A stretch of DNA of 54,597 nucleotides from Basidiobolus meristosporus CBS 931.73 (lineage: Eukaryota > Fungi > Basidiobolomycota). Position 1 is the first letter of the stretch, and each line of letters opens with the position of its first letter. The stretch spans positions 1-54,597 of the forward strand of contig MCFE01000600.1 of NCBI GenBank assembly GCA_002104905.1. The letters are read 5' to 3'. Shown one piece after another: positions 39,184-50,100 of the stretch. A program made the translations under genes and the position numbers. The notes below the pieces were generated by a model. It saw only the letters and a program-made list of their open reading frames with translations, did no database searches and was not told where the DNA came from.

Positions 39184-39369
39184 ATGGAGTACGAAGGAAA
39201 GAACCCCGGAAACGTTGAAGGAGGATTCAAGGCTGCCGCTCACAATCCCAACGTCTCAGCCGAGAAGCAACAAGAATCACTAGAGAAGGCGTCCCAGATC
39301 CACGAGGAGCGTACTGGCAAACCACTGGAAGGGCAGACCATTGAAAAGGAATCCAAGGATTCAAAATAA
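39184..39369 (+). CDS. Con-6 family, copy 2
   Basis: 61-aa near-identical paralogue. Confidence 0.85.
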   Translation: MEYEGKNPGNVEGGFKAAAHNPNVSAEKQQESLEKASQIHEERTGKPLEGQTIEKESKDSK

Positions 39370-39916
39370 AAACATTGCCCGTTTTAACGTGTGCGCTGAT
39401 TAGTGATGTTAGTCTTGCTATTATATGAAAATCAACTGCATGATGAATTTGTAGGCGCTGGTTCATGGAGGCTGCTTTACCCGATTCATCTGTAGGTCAA
39501 CTCACATTTGTAGCGGGTCAGGCATTTAGATTTCGAGATTTGAAGTCCTCCTATACCTTGGGATCTCATTATTAAGTGTGTCCGAGCGAGGATCCAAGCT
39601 CAAAGATGCGAAATGAAGCGGAGGAAACACTGGATAATGTACCGTTAGTGCATAGATATCAACAGTACTTAATTCACTTATCAGCCTCGATCATACATCG
39701 TGTATCAGACAAACTGCTGCGTAAACGGTCGAATATGCCAAAGCAATGCTGATCTGTAGATATCGATCACCTCAGACAGATAGCATAATGGCATTGACTG
39801 AAGCTAGTCATGAAGCGCTCATTATGCATGATGTCACTGAGAAAATAGGTTGAGTATATAAGCGCACCAGAGGCTCCTTCTCCCACATATCATTTCTCAA
39901 ATAACCCAAAAGCACC

Positions 39917-40093
39917 ATGGAATACGAAGGAAAGAACCCAGGAAACGTTGAAGGAGGACTCAAGGCCGCCGCTCACAATCCCAACGTCTCAGCCGAGAAG
40001 CAACAAGAATCACTAGAGAAGGCATCGCAGATCCATGAGGAGCGTACTGGCAAACCACTGGAAGGGCAAACCATTGAAAAGGAATCAAAATAA
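39917..40093 (+). CDS. Con-6 family, copy 3 (58 aa; not in the ORF track)
   Basis: ATG at 39917 in the same AAAAGCACCATGG context. A 9-nt in-frame deletion near the C-terminus. TAA at 40091-40093. Confidence 0.85.
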   Translation: MEYEGKNPGNVEGGLKAAAHNPNVSAEKQQESLEKASQIHEERTGKPLEGQTIEKESK

Positions 40094-40778
40094 AATTCGG
40101 GCACATTATCAAGTGTACCTTGAAACTTTGGTTATCGTGTTACTTCTGTGGTATACATAACTACGTGTATACTTCACATGTTCGAACGTACATTTGGAGT
40201 CTGGTGGGTCATAAACACAATGGACTTGTTCCATCATGATCACAGTGCCAGATTAGGATCAAAATCAAAAACTTAACATATTGATAACAAAATAAACTGC
40301 ACTTTCTGGCACAATGGAACAAGTCTAATGCAGATGCTCATGCAACCTTGGAAAGTGAGGGCTTCGGTAGTGTATTCCCTTGGCATATATGTATCAATGT
40401 GACTTGGGTATCACCGATGGGAGTTCATGCAAATCTAATTAAGCAGAGCCATGTGTGAAATACTGGATTAGCCACTATCCTATATGAGACTTGCGCGTCA
40501 TCAATAGAGCCTAGCTAACTTGGCATAGTCATCTCATCGATCATGACACTTATTGACCTTGATCATTGATTATGTACTTGGCATAATCTTCTCATCGATC
40601 GTGTATTTATTAATTCTAATATCCCGCAGTCATCGCGATCTATATGGTATAGATCGATCGTCAGAAATGTCGTCGACAATGACCAGACACTGGTGCCATA
40701 CGGGGTAAGGCTCGCGTATATAAGCCAGTTAAAGGTGCCTTCTTCCACAGATCATTTCTCTAATAACTCGAGAGCACC

Positions 40779-40964
40779 ATGGAATACGAAGGAAAGAACC
40801 CCGGAAACGTTGAAGGAGGATTTAAGGCTGCCGCTCGCAATCCCAACGTCTCAGCCGAGAAGCAACAGGAGTCACTAGAGAAGGCGTCCAAGATCCATGA
40901 AGAGCGTACAGGCGAGCCATTAAAGGATCAAACTATACAGAAGGAATCCAAGGATTCAAAATAA
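40779..40964 (+). CDS. Con-6 family, copy 4
   Basis: 61-aa paralogue, more diverged than copies 1-3. Confidence 0.85.
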   Translation: MEYEGKNPGNVEGGFKAAARNPNVSAEKQQESLEKASKIHEERTGEPLKDQTIQKESKDSK

Positions 40965-41801
40965 AGACTAACGCGTATGCTGATTAACGATGCTAACTTT
41001 GCCATTGTATGGAGTCCAACTATTTTGTGGATTTGCGCTTGTTCATTCATGCAGACCTTACCTAACTCGTCCTTAGTCCACCTAGTAATTGTAACATGAG
41101 AGACTTTCGAGAATTCGAGATTGGTGGCCCTCCTAGATCTCAGTATCTCATCATGAAGCGTGTCCAAGCAAGAACCCAAGCACAAAATGAATATGAATAT
41201 CTTGCAAGTAAACAGAATCATCATGTTGAAAAATATCATATACACATGCAGTAAAGCTTCAGATGTATAAGAAATGAAGAGGAAGAAAAGGTGACTACTG
41301 TGCTAATATGCCACGATCAAACATCGTATTTCAGTCAAATCCGGTCAGGTACAACACTGCGCACCCAAAGCTATCCCGATCTACGCTGTCTATATCGATC
41401 GTGTCACAGTTGCCGCGATCTTTATAGCATAGGTCGTTGGCCAACACAGACACTGATGCTGTACGGAGTTGGGCTCGTGTTTATAAGCTTGTCAAAGACA
41501 CACTATTGAGTGTACCTTAAAATCCCGTTACTATATCATTCATGTCAAAGCAAAAGATGTGCTTTTGTCCGCAAATGAAATGGGAGCCTTAATCAAGTAG
41601 AGAGCAATAAAATACCAAAGTCACTTGCTTAATATGTAACCAAGGGGTTCTAGGGACATGGGATATTAAACTACGAGTATCCTCCACTTGTTTGACTACA
41701 CGAACTAAGAACAGTAATACCGTAGGGGGTATGGTTTGTGTATATAAGCCAGCCAAAGTCTCCTTCTTCCACATAACGTTTTTCGAATAATCAAAAGCAC
41801 C

Positions 41802-41980
41802 ATGGAATATGAAGGAAATAACCCCAGAAACGTCGAAGATAAACTCAAGGCTGCCGCTCACAATCCCAATGTCTCAGCCGAGAAGCATCAAGAGTCACTA
41901 GAGAAGGCTTCCCAGATCCATGAAGAGGCGAACCGTTGGAAGGGCACACTATCCAAAAGGAATTTAACAATTCAAAATAA
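41802..41980 (+). pseudogene. Con-6 family, copy 5, frameshifted
   Basis: Con-6 N-terminus with core substitutions (NNPRNVEDKLKA). A deletion after QIHEE shifts the frame. The ancestral TCAAAATAA stop is still visible at 41972-41980. Confidence 0.75.
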
Positions 41981-43086
41981 AGATTGTGCACGCACTCTTG
42001 TGTGTATAGAAAATTTCAACTCCCCATAGTGTAGCAAAAAGCAATCATTCATTTGGAGTTGGAGGTCGCCGATAGGTTTCACGTCAAACAAGTTGTGATA
42101 AATGTGACCCAGTTCGTGGGATGATGGTATTGAGAAACATAGCCAAAGTACTCTAGAGCTATTTAATGTTTATTGACGTTCAGAATATTTATTGACATTC
42201 AGAATACCTTTTAATAACGGGTACGTACATCGAGGGTCCAAGGCTTACAGAGCACCACTACTCCTCACCCTTTCTGCCTGCATATCAAACATTAGTGAAG
42301 TTGGGAATAATGAACGTGGGTTTGCTCTGGCAAAGATTGGGTGGAATTATGGCGAAATCAGAGGATATTTCAATTTCGAGTGATAAGATTGGATCATCAA
42401 ATGGGATTTTGATCGAAAGGGACTTGACCCTAATCCGGATGCGCGTATCAATCAATTATATGCTGTAAGGTTGCGATTTCCTTCGATGGTTCCTTTATTG
42501 GGTAAAGTGTTCGAGCCGATCATATATTCCTGAGAGCGCCCTGACCGAGTATGGTCGTTTTTACCGAATTCTGCCCAAGGAGCATCGACATGATGGGATC
42601 AAGCACAGGTGTTCAAATCATACGGGTAGCCTTGTTGTGAATATTTGCTGGTGTTTGGCTCGATTACTGCTATGTATTCTAGCAAGGATAAAGAAGGCAA
42701 TGAACCCCTCAATTCTTGAATTTCTGTTTCTATATTCGGTGTTGAGCATGTGAATCGTCAATGACTCGCTTACAATCAGATTAAGTGCATTAGAAGATGG
42801 CTGATATGGCTGTGTTGATGTGATCGGGTCATCCATGCGTCAAATAGAGAGCTCTCCAGATTGCCCATCCCGAATAAATACAAGCGCCCTATCCAAACAT
42901 TGACCTTTTATCCGGGGCTTGATCCAGGGCACATATACTAGTCATCTTGGGAAGTGCACCATCATTCACAATTTCCAGGGCCGTCATTGAGCAGTTGATT
43001 ACTAATTCTTTGTATTGGACTGGAAGCTTGGATAGATATAAAGAACGGAAGGAAGGAAGCATCAGACATCCAGCTCAGTATTCATA

Positions 43087-44101
43087 ATGAAGTATCCAGT
43101 TGTCCAAGCAATCACCCTCTCAGCCCTGTTCTTATCCGCCTTTGGCAGTCCAAAGCTTAAGGTGATCCACCACAGCTCCTCAGATGCCTCGATGTATGAG
43201 GTCTCAACCGCTGTCATTGGGCAGAGGGAGGTAGTTATCCTTGACGCTGGGTTCACCAGATCATCCGCGCAAGAGATGATCTCTCTCCTCAAGAACACCA
43301 CCAAGCTTCCAGTCACCAAGATCTTTGCTACCCACGAGCACCCTGATCATTACTTTGGGGCCACGGAGATTCTCAAGGCTTACCCTAAAGCCGGCTTCTA
43401 TGCATCGCCAAGCGTAGTGAAGAAAATCAAGCAGCATGTAGATGAGAAAGGTATTTGCAATTCTGCCGCATCTTTCACTTACCTTGGCATCTACTGACAT
43501 TCACAAATTCTATTCCACTCCAGTGAAGCAATGGACTGGTGCTTACGCACCTGGTGAGATCCCACAAGCACCAAGAATTCCCAAGCCATTCCGAGGCAAG
43601 TCGATCACCCTTGGGGGAAACAAGAACGAGCCAATCAAACTATTGCAACCGTTTGATGGTGATGTTGAGGACGTGACAGCTTATTGGATTCCTTCCCAGA
43701 AGACACTCATCACAGGTGACATGGTGTACTCAAGCAGGATGCATGTCTGGCTTTCAGAAGCCCAGGAGCCTAGCCATCGTAAGAAATGGATTCGCAGCTT
43801 GGACTGTAAGTATACGTTGATTCGAATCGGAAGGGGTGTCACGCAGGTATTAATCTCTCCTCCAGATCTCATCCGCCTCAAGCCCAAGAAGGTGATTGCT
43901 GGGCATGTTCCTAGCACTGAGAAGCCTCAGGTGTCTGATCTTCGGGCCACCAAGGAGTATATCGAGTACTTCGATCGCCACGTCTACGGTAAAAGCTATA
44001 CAGCCCAAAAGATCTATGACCTTATGAAGAAAAGATTCCCCAACCGCATTGCTCTTGAGACCCTGAATCTCACAGCATCAGCCTATGGTCATGGCCAATG
44101 A
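43087..44101 (+). CDS. Secreted metallo-beta-lactamase-fold hydrolase; introns 43451-43523 and 43806-43865
   Basis: Signal peptide, LDAGFT, THEHPDHYFG (HxHxDH), LITGDMVY, VIAGH. Splicing restores a continuous frame. Confidence 0.9.
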
Positions 44102-44491
44102 TGCTGACTCTGAGTCAAGTTCAGTATCCCCAAATACCCCAGTAAACCCAATAAACCTCCATTTGCATGTCGCCTAACTCTTGCGCTCATCTTTTGCATA
44201 GATGCATGGGATTCACAATCAATACTCAATATACTCAGGGCTTTCTAATCTCAATCAATCAACCATACTGCTGGAAATAATATGCTTTTAATAACCAAGT
44301 ACAAAACAAATGCACGGAAAAGATTATGCTCACAAGGGTGAGCTCGTTGCTTCAACTTGATCATTCAATCCTTATCCACCTTTGGAAGTTCGAATATCAA
44401 GGTGCTCCACCTGAGCTCTTCAGATACCTCAGCTCTCAAGGTATAAGTTACTGTCACTGGGAGGAGGTGGCAATGTTTACTTGTTAAATGA

Positions 44492-45197
44492 GGGAAGGTT
44501 GCCAAGATTAGGTGAAATCTTTACATGCAGCCTAAACTAAAACAAATGAAGAAGTCAGCAGGGATGTATGCCCCTTGTATAATAGTTTTCAACCAACTTA
44601 AAGCAGTATTCCAAGGTATATCAGAGCTTTGATGTACATTGGAACGGAGTAAAGCAGCCTGGAGATTTAGAAATGTTTAAGAAAACATACAACAACAAAT
44701 GTATGGGAGTGTCTGATAAGGGAGATGAATCTAATTGCAGTGATATTTTCATGTAAAAGTAGCCAAGTGAGTGATTAATCAGGAAAGTCCTGAAAGGTGT
44801 GTATAAAGCATTTTCAGTCAAATTGGTACAAGACATCCAGAGAAAACACTTGAGTAACGTTTTTATCAAGTATATTTGCCATAGTGCAATGGCTGGTAAG
44901 CTTGATATTAGCAAGACTTAGGGGTTAAGGGGGATCAGCAATTAGCAAAAGGTGAAATCATTATATCAACAGCTCAAAATGCAGATGCAAAGTACAGTAT
45001 GGGTAGGGATAGGGGGGAGAACATTAGCAATAAGTGAAGCCTCAGTCTCAGTTGAAACATGAAAGCCATTAATGCTGATATAGCTTTGATACAAAGGATT
45101 ATAGCTGAGCAGAGCTGGTAGGTAGGTTGATAACCAGAAACAATGTCTTTTCATTGTACAAGACACTATTCAGAGTGAATGGTGGTAGCAAGAGTAG
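44492..45197 (-). mobile_element. Two older, degenerate telomere-type modules
   Basis: Degenerate 3' signals at ~44492-44557 (GGTGAAATCTTTA...AAGAAGTCAG) and 44918-44965 (TTAGGGGTTAAGGGGG...GGTGAAATC). ORF 44966..45166 has LYQSYI...LPPIP..TVL, resembling the RT C-terminus. Confidence 0.5.
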
Positions 45198-45484
45198 TTA
45201 GGGTTAGGGGTCTAAATTCTTTTATTGAATCTGATCAAGTATAGTAATACCATTTCAACTTGATTCAAGTTGAGTGGTGCATATTGTACAAAGAAAATAT
45301 ATCCATGGTAATGTGAAGGTAAATATACTGCTTAAGTTGAGTTGAGTTCTGAAAAGAAATCTGTCAAAAAATCTGGCTAGAAAATGAAGTAAAGCTGGGA
45401 GTTATTTGAAAGCAAAGCACCAAGGGAAAGTGTAGAGCTATACTACCACTTCCTGGAAGGCAGGGATCTCACAGGAAGGCAGAA

Positions 45485-45708
45485 GGGTTAGGGGGGAGGA
45501 AAGTCACCAAGTGGTGAAATCTTTATTTACTTATGACAAGTATTTAAAGAAGCCAAGTTAATCTGAAGTTATTCCTAGAAAGCTAGGTCTGAGAGATATC
45601 TTCCTGGTAAGCCAGGTCTGAGAGTTGAGAAGCTGAGTGGTACTATATTTCCTAGTTAGCTAGGTCTGAGAGAGGTTTCCTGGAAAGCCAGGCCTGAGAA
45701 GTGAGAAT
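45485..45708 (-). ncRNA. Non-coding module: four tandem stem-loops plus the conserved 3' signal (SINE-like passenger or 3' UTR fragment)
   Basis: CCTAG-N4-CTAGG at 45574 and 45651, CCTGG-N4-CCAGG at 45603 and 45679, each followed by (T/C)CTGAGA. 3' signal at 45485-45556. No ORF. Confidence 0.55.
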
Positions 45709-46377
45709 TTAGGGTTAGGAGGGGGGGGGAAACCACCGGTTGGTGTAATCTTTATTGTCAATCATTGTGAAAATAAAGAAGTCAGGGATTGATTCTGGAG
45801 TCTTGTAACATATTTGTACAGACACTTTGGGTTAATATGTAGATAGGTTGCTATTTCTTGTAGTTCCTCTGCATTGAATAGAGTGTTGAGAGGGAGTGGC
45901 GGTAGCACTAGCAATAATAACTTATGATCTATGTATTGTGATGTGCTTTTGCCAATTGGTGATATAAAGCAAAGAAATGGGGTTTGCTGAGTTACATACT
46001 CTTGCCATAGTTGATTAAGATACTTGCTATATGCTTCTTTGGGGTTTTTACTCCCCTCTATTGCTTTGGCAAATTGCTGGACTTTTGGGCACTCAATGAT
46101 AGCTGCCCAACAGGAGTTATTTTGAAGCATCTTGCAAGAAATCCATGCTTGTATCAACTCATTTGTTGATTTTTGGAGTTGAATACGTAGTCTTGTACAG
46201 AGGTACAAAATTCTAATTGAATACAGGAGTAGTCCAAACGTTACCAGGACTGCGTGGTGATACTGTGTTGGTGGGAGCCATGGTAATAAAGTATAAATGC
46301 TGTGAGAAACAAACTTGTCCAGTTTTGTCAGGTATCTTGTTGGAATAGGCATTATTGCCAATCCAAACTCCAGTACC
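45709..46377 (-). mobile_element. 5'-truncated telomere-type module, RT subfamily B (C-terminal ~200 aa)
   Basis: TTAGGGTTAGGA-G9 junction plus 3' signal. ORF 45762..46361 (LNQLWQEYVTQQTPF...LPPLPLNTLFNAEEL) aligns with the RT C-terminus (LIDLWQQYLQQHTPF...LPPFPLNSVLSTEEL). Begins at the VLEFGL motif. Confidence 0.85.
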
Positions 46378-47037
46378 TAGGGGGGGATGATCATCACCAA
46401 AGGTTGAAATCTTTATTTAAATAATAAATAAAGAAGCCAAGTTTGAATATGAATATCTGAGATCCAGGAAGCCTATAAGATAAACTTGGACTTTGCTGTA
46501 TCCCAAATATCCTCAATATCAAAGTCTAGAGGAGAGTGTAGCAAGACTGCTTGTTCACTGTAGTATTTCTTGAGGAAGTTTGTGACTTGAAGGGAAGGAG
46601 AGTTTTTCAACAAGCTGGTAAATCTTTTGAGGAGTTCTTTTTCCAGAGAGAATGGCACAAAGAGTGGAATGTCCAAGTGATGTCTGAATATATGCTCTGA
46701 GAGCTCCCAATCCAACATATTTTTGACTTCTTCTGTAAAATCTTCAACAATATCTTTGTCAAGAATAACTTCCAAGAGATCCCTGGCAATGTACTGAATG
46801 TTAATAATCTTAGGCATATGAATACCTAGGTCCTTGAGGTAGTTTCTTTGTTCTGATATTGGGAGATATCCTGCATTTCTGAAATAGCAAACAGCCCAGT
46901 TGGCAGTAGGAGGAGTATCAGGGCTGACAGGGAATCTTCTTCTGGCTGTTGAGTGCACTGGCTTAGCAGACTGTCTTGATGAAAGGGCAGCTGGTTTTGG
47001 ATGAGCTTGAAGTGCTTGGGAGTAGGTCTGAGTACAA
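46378..47037 (-). mobile_element. 5'-truncated ORF1 module
   Basis: Near-identical to 52965-53620, with its own 3' signal at 46378-46440. Truncated at GAGTACAAG and followed directly by GGGTTAGGG. Confidence 0.92.
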
Positions 47038-47136
47038 GGGTTAGGGGGGATGATCATCACCAAAGGGTGAAATCTTTATTTAAATAATAAAAAAAGAAGC
47101 CAAGTTTGAATATGAATATCTGAGATGCAGGAAGCC
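47038..47136 (-). mobile_element. ORF1-module 3' end only, interrupted by an LTR
   Basis: GGGTTAGGGGGGATGATCATCACC...GCAGGAAGCC matches 52958-53056. Homology stops where TGTTGTG begins at 47137. Confidence 0.9.
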
Positions 47137-50100
47137 TGTTGTGCATCAACATTTAAAACTTAGCCAATTTTACTCCGTTTGAAAATCTAGTACCCTAACT
47201 GACTTTCCCTAACCCAAACATAACAAATCCCAGTTACAGTTTATTTTATCCCACCTCAGAATCTATTGTTAGCTATCACACCTGATCTATTTTCAAATGG
47301 TCATTACATTATCAACCTATCTGCCAAGCCTTCCCAGGTGATTAGTCATCTGAGATCTATCCAACCATGGTGCAGTTGCCAAGACATCAGTTGATTGATG
47401 ATGTAATTTTCATTTATCTTATGCACCTGTGAACACCCAAATTTATCTCAATCAATCCAGTCCCTTGGCGCTTACTAATTCAACTTGATCAGAAAAGTAT
47501 AAATAAAGTTTACTGAACCTTTTGGTTTAGTGTGTGTCTCAACAAAATTAAGATTCTGTCTCAGCAAAAATAAGAATCCAACAATTCTGTTCTAGTTTCT
47601 ATCCAAGCCTAGTATATCTAGCACTCCAAAGAACACCAAGCCTAGCCTGCCTAGCAAACAAATATCATTGTCTTTATAGCCAACCCAGCTATATCCAAGA
47701 CCAATATTAGATCAGAATCTTTCTGCTAATATTTCCGCTACTCTCTGATAATTCTAAGATTCTGCACTTAATTGTCCCTTTGGTTCAGTTAAACCATTCA
47801 AGAGTTTTATTACACTTTCTCTTGGATACAACATTTTTTTTGTTGAATTCCATTACATTCAGCCAATTAGAAGATGTCCTCAGCAGCAAGCAATCCAAAC
47901 CTTTCCATGTTGGAAGAGCCCAGAAGAAATCAGGAAGAACTTACTGAACAGCTTGAAAACATCATGCTTGAAAGAAATACCATGATGCTTGAGCACTCAA
48001 AGCTTGCCAAAACAAGATCTGATAATCACTGTAGAGATGAACTCCTTGAAGTTATATCCGGTTACCAAGATGAAATTGGAATAATTAAGGAAGCACTGGA
48101 GAATATTGCCATAGTAATTGACAGCATTGAAAATCCGCCAAGCCTTGCTCTGCATCAGCCACCAAAAAGTCATGCCTTTGAGTCCTCCAGATCTACATCT
48201 CCTTCTAGACCTGCCCTGGTGGTTGTCCCAAGATCCTTGCCTGTTTATGCTGAAGGCACCAATGCCATCAAGAATCCAACAGAGTTTCTTTACAAGTTTA
48301 GTCACATCTTAGCTGCACACCAGCTAGACCCTGACACCAACTGGGCTAGACTCCTGCCTCTCTGTCTCACAATGCAAGATGCTGACTGGGTTGAAGTGAA
48401 CATTCCTTCCAATAGTACGTGGAAAATTGCCCAAAACCTCTTTTGCAGCCATTTTGAAGATCCTCTCAAGAAAGCACATCTGAACTGCGACTTATGGAAA
48501 ACTAAAATGCAAAAAGGTGAATCTGTGCAACACTTCTGTGATAGATTCCAAAGACAAATGAGATTAGCTGGAGTTGGTGATGATAATCCATCACTTACTG
48601 CTCATTTTCTTTCAAACTTTTCACACCAGCTACAGAGCAATATTGCTATTGTCCAAGCATGTAACCCTGCACGTACCTATGACCAGATCTCAGAGATATG
48701 TACACTGGCAATCACCTTGACTGCAGCTGTTAGCCAGACTTCAGGCAACTCAACCCAATATCCACAACAGCCGGAAAAGAGACCAGTCATGTGACCAAGA
48801 AGCAATCAACCGCTACCAAGCACTGTGAGCTTCATGGAAAATGCTATCATTCTACCAGTGAATGCAAAGGCATCACCAAGCAGTCAAACAAGTCAGGAAA
48901 CACTGCAGAAAAGCAGCAAAACACCAAAACTGATAATCCATATGCTGATGACAAGTGATTTAAATGTGGAAATATGGGACATAGATCACCTGCCTGTCCT
49001 GAGAAGAACTCCACACCATCAGCCAAAATTACCCAGATCCTTGATGATCATTCAGCCAATGATACAATGAGGTATGAAGAAGCATATGAAGAACTTACAG
49101 TTCAAGATTATAACAACCTCTTTGAGTTTCCGGCTAAAATTGCAACTGTTCAAGAAAAGAAGCAACCAATCACACAGCTCAAAGCCACAGAAGTGCCACT
49201 CACCCTCAATGGCCAATCATATGTAGCACTACTGGATACTGGATCATCCAACTCTATTGTATCACCCAATGTAGTCAGAGAACTCAATTTGGAGATAGAA
49301 AAACGTCCAGGAAAAATCATTCTTGCAGCTAAGGATCTCTCAGCCCCAAGAATTGGCATTACCAACCCAATCAACATACATTGTGGCTCAGTAACCATAA
49401 TCCATCAGATGGAAGTGATTGACATACCAGATGGACCTCAGGTAGTCATTGGTCCGGACACCTTCAGCAAACTTGGCTTTCACATAGGCGGACTACCAGT
49501 TTCCTATCCAGGAATCACTAAATCTCAGCCACTCATAATGGATCAAATCCCAGAAATTATCTCATCCCAACCAGAAGAAGAAGAGTTAACCCCAACTTTT
49601 CAAGAATATTCTCAATCAGTCAAATTGGATATTCAGCTGGCCATAGAGAGAAATCAGGCCATTCCAAGGAACAGCTTCTGCACCATCCCAGAATCCATTG
49701 TTACACTAGAGACCCCACCTGGTGAGTCAACATGGAGGAGGCAATACCCAATTCCGCATTCATGTCAACACTTAGTTGATGAGATAGTCCAAAAATGGGC
49801 TGACAATGGAATTATCACTCAAGCCCCTGTCAACACAACATTCAACAGCCCTTTGACGCTTGCACCAAAGAAAGATGCTGATGAAAATCTAACCTTGAAG
49901 AGACCCTGTTTGGACCCCAGACCTCTGAACAAGCTTCTCCAAGATGACAAGTTTCCAATTCCAAGAATCCAAGATATCTTTTCCACACTATCAGGAGCAA
50001 AAGTATTCTCCAAGTTGGACTTGAAGGATGCATATCACTGATTCCAGATCCATCCTGATCACCAGCATAAGACTGCCTTCACTTGGAATAATATGCAATG

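Noticed and set aside
38250-41980. CRISPR-like array (regular repeats with spacers)
   Set aside because: The repeats are ~180-bp protein-coding Con-6 genes in a eukaryotic chromosome, and there are no cas genes.
48730-48800. Programmed -1 frameshift between Ty3 gag and pol
   Set aside because: The shift falls before the zinc knuckles, there is no clear slippery heptamer, and the element has other indels and stops. Decay is more parsimonious.
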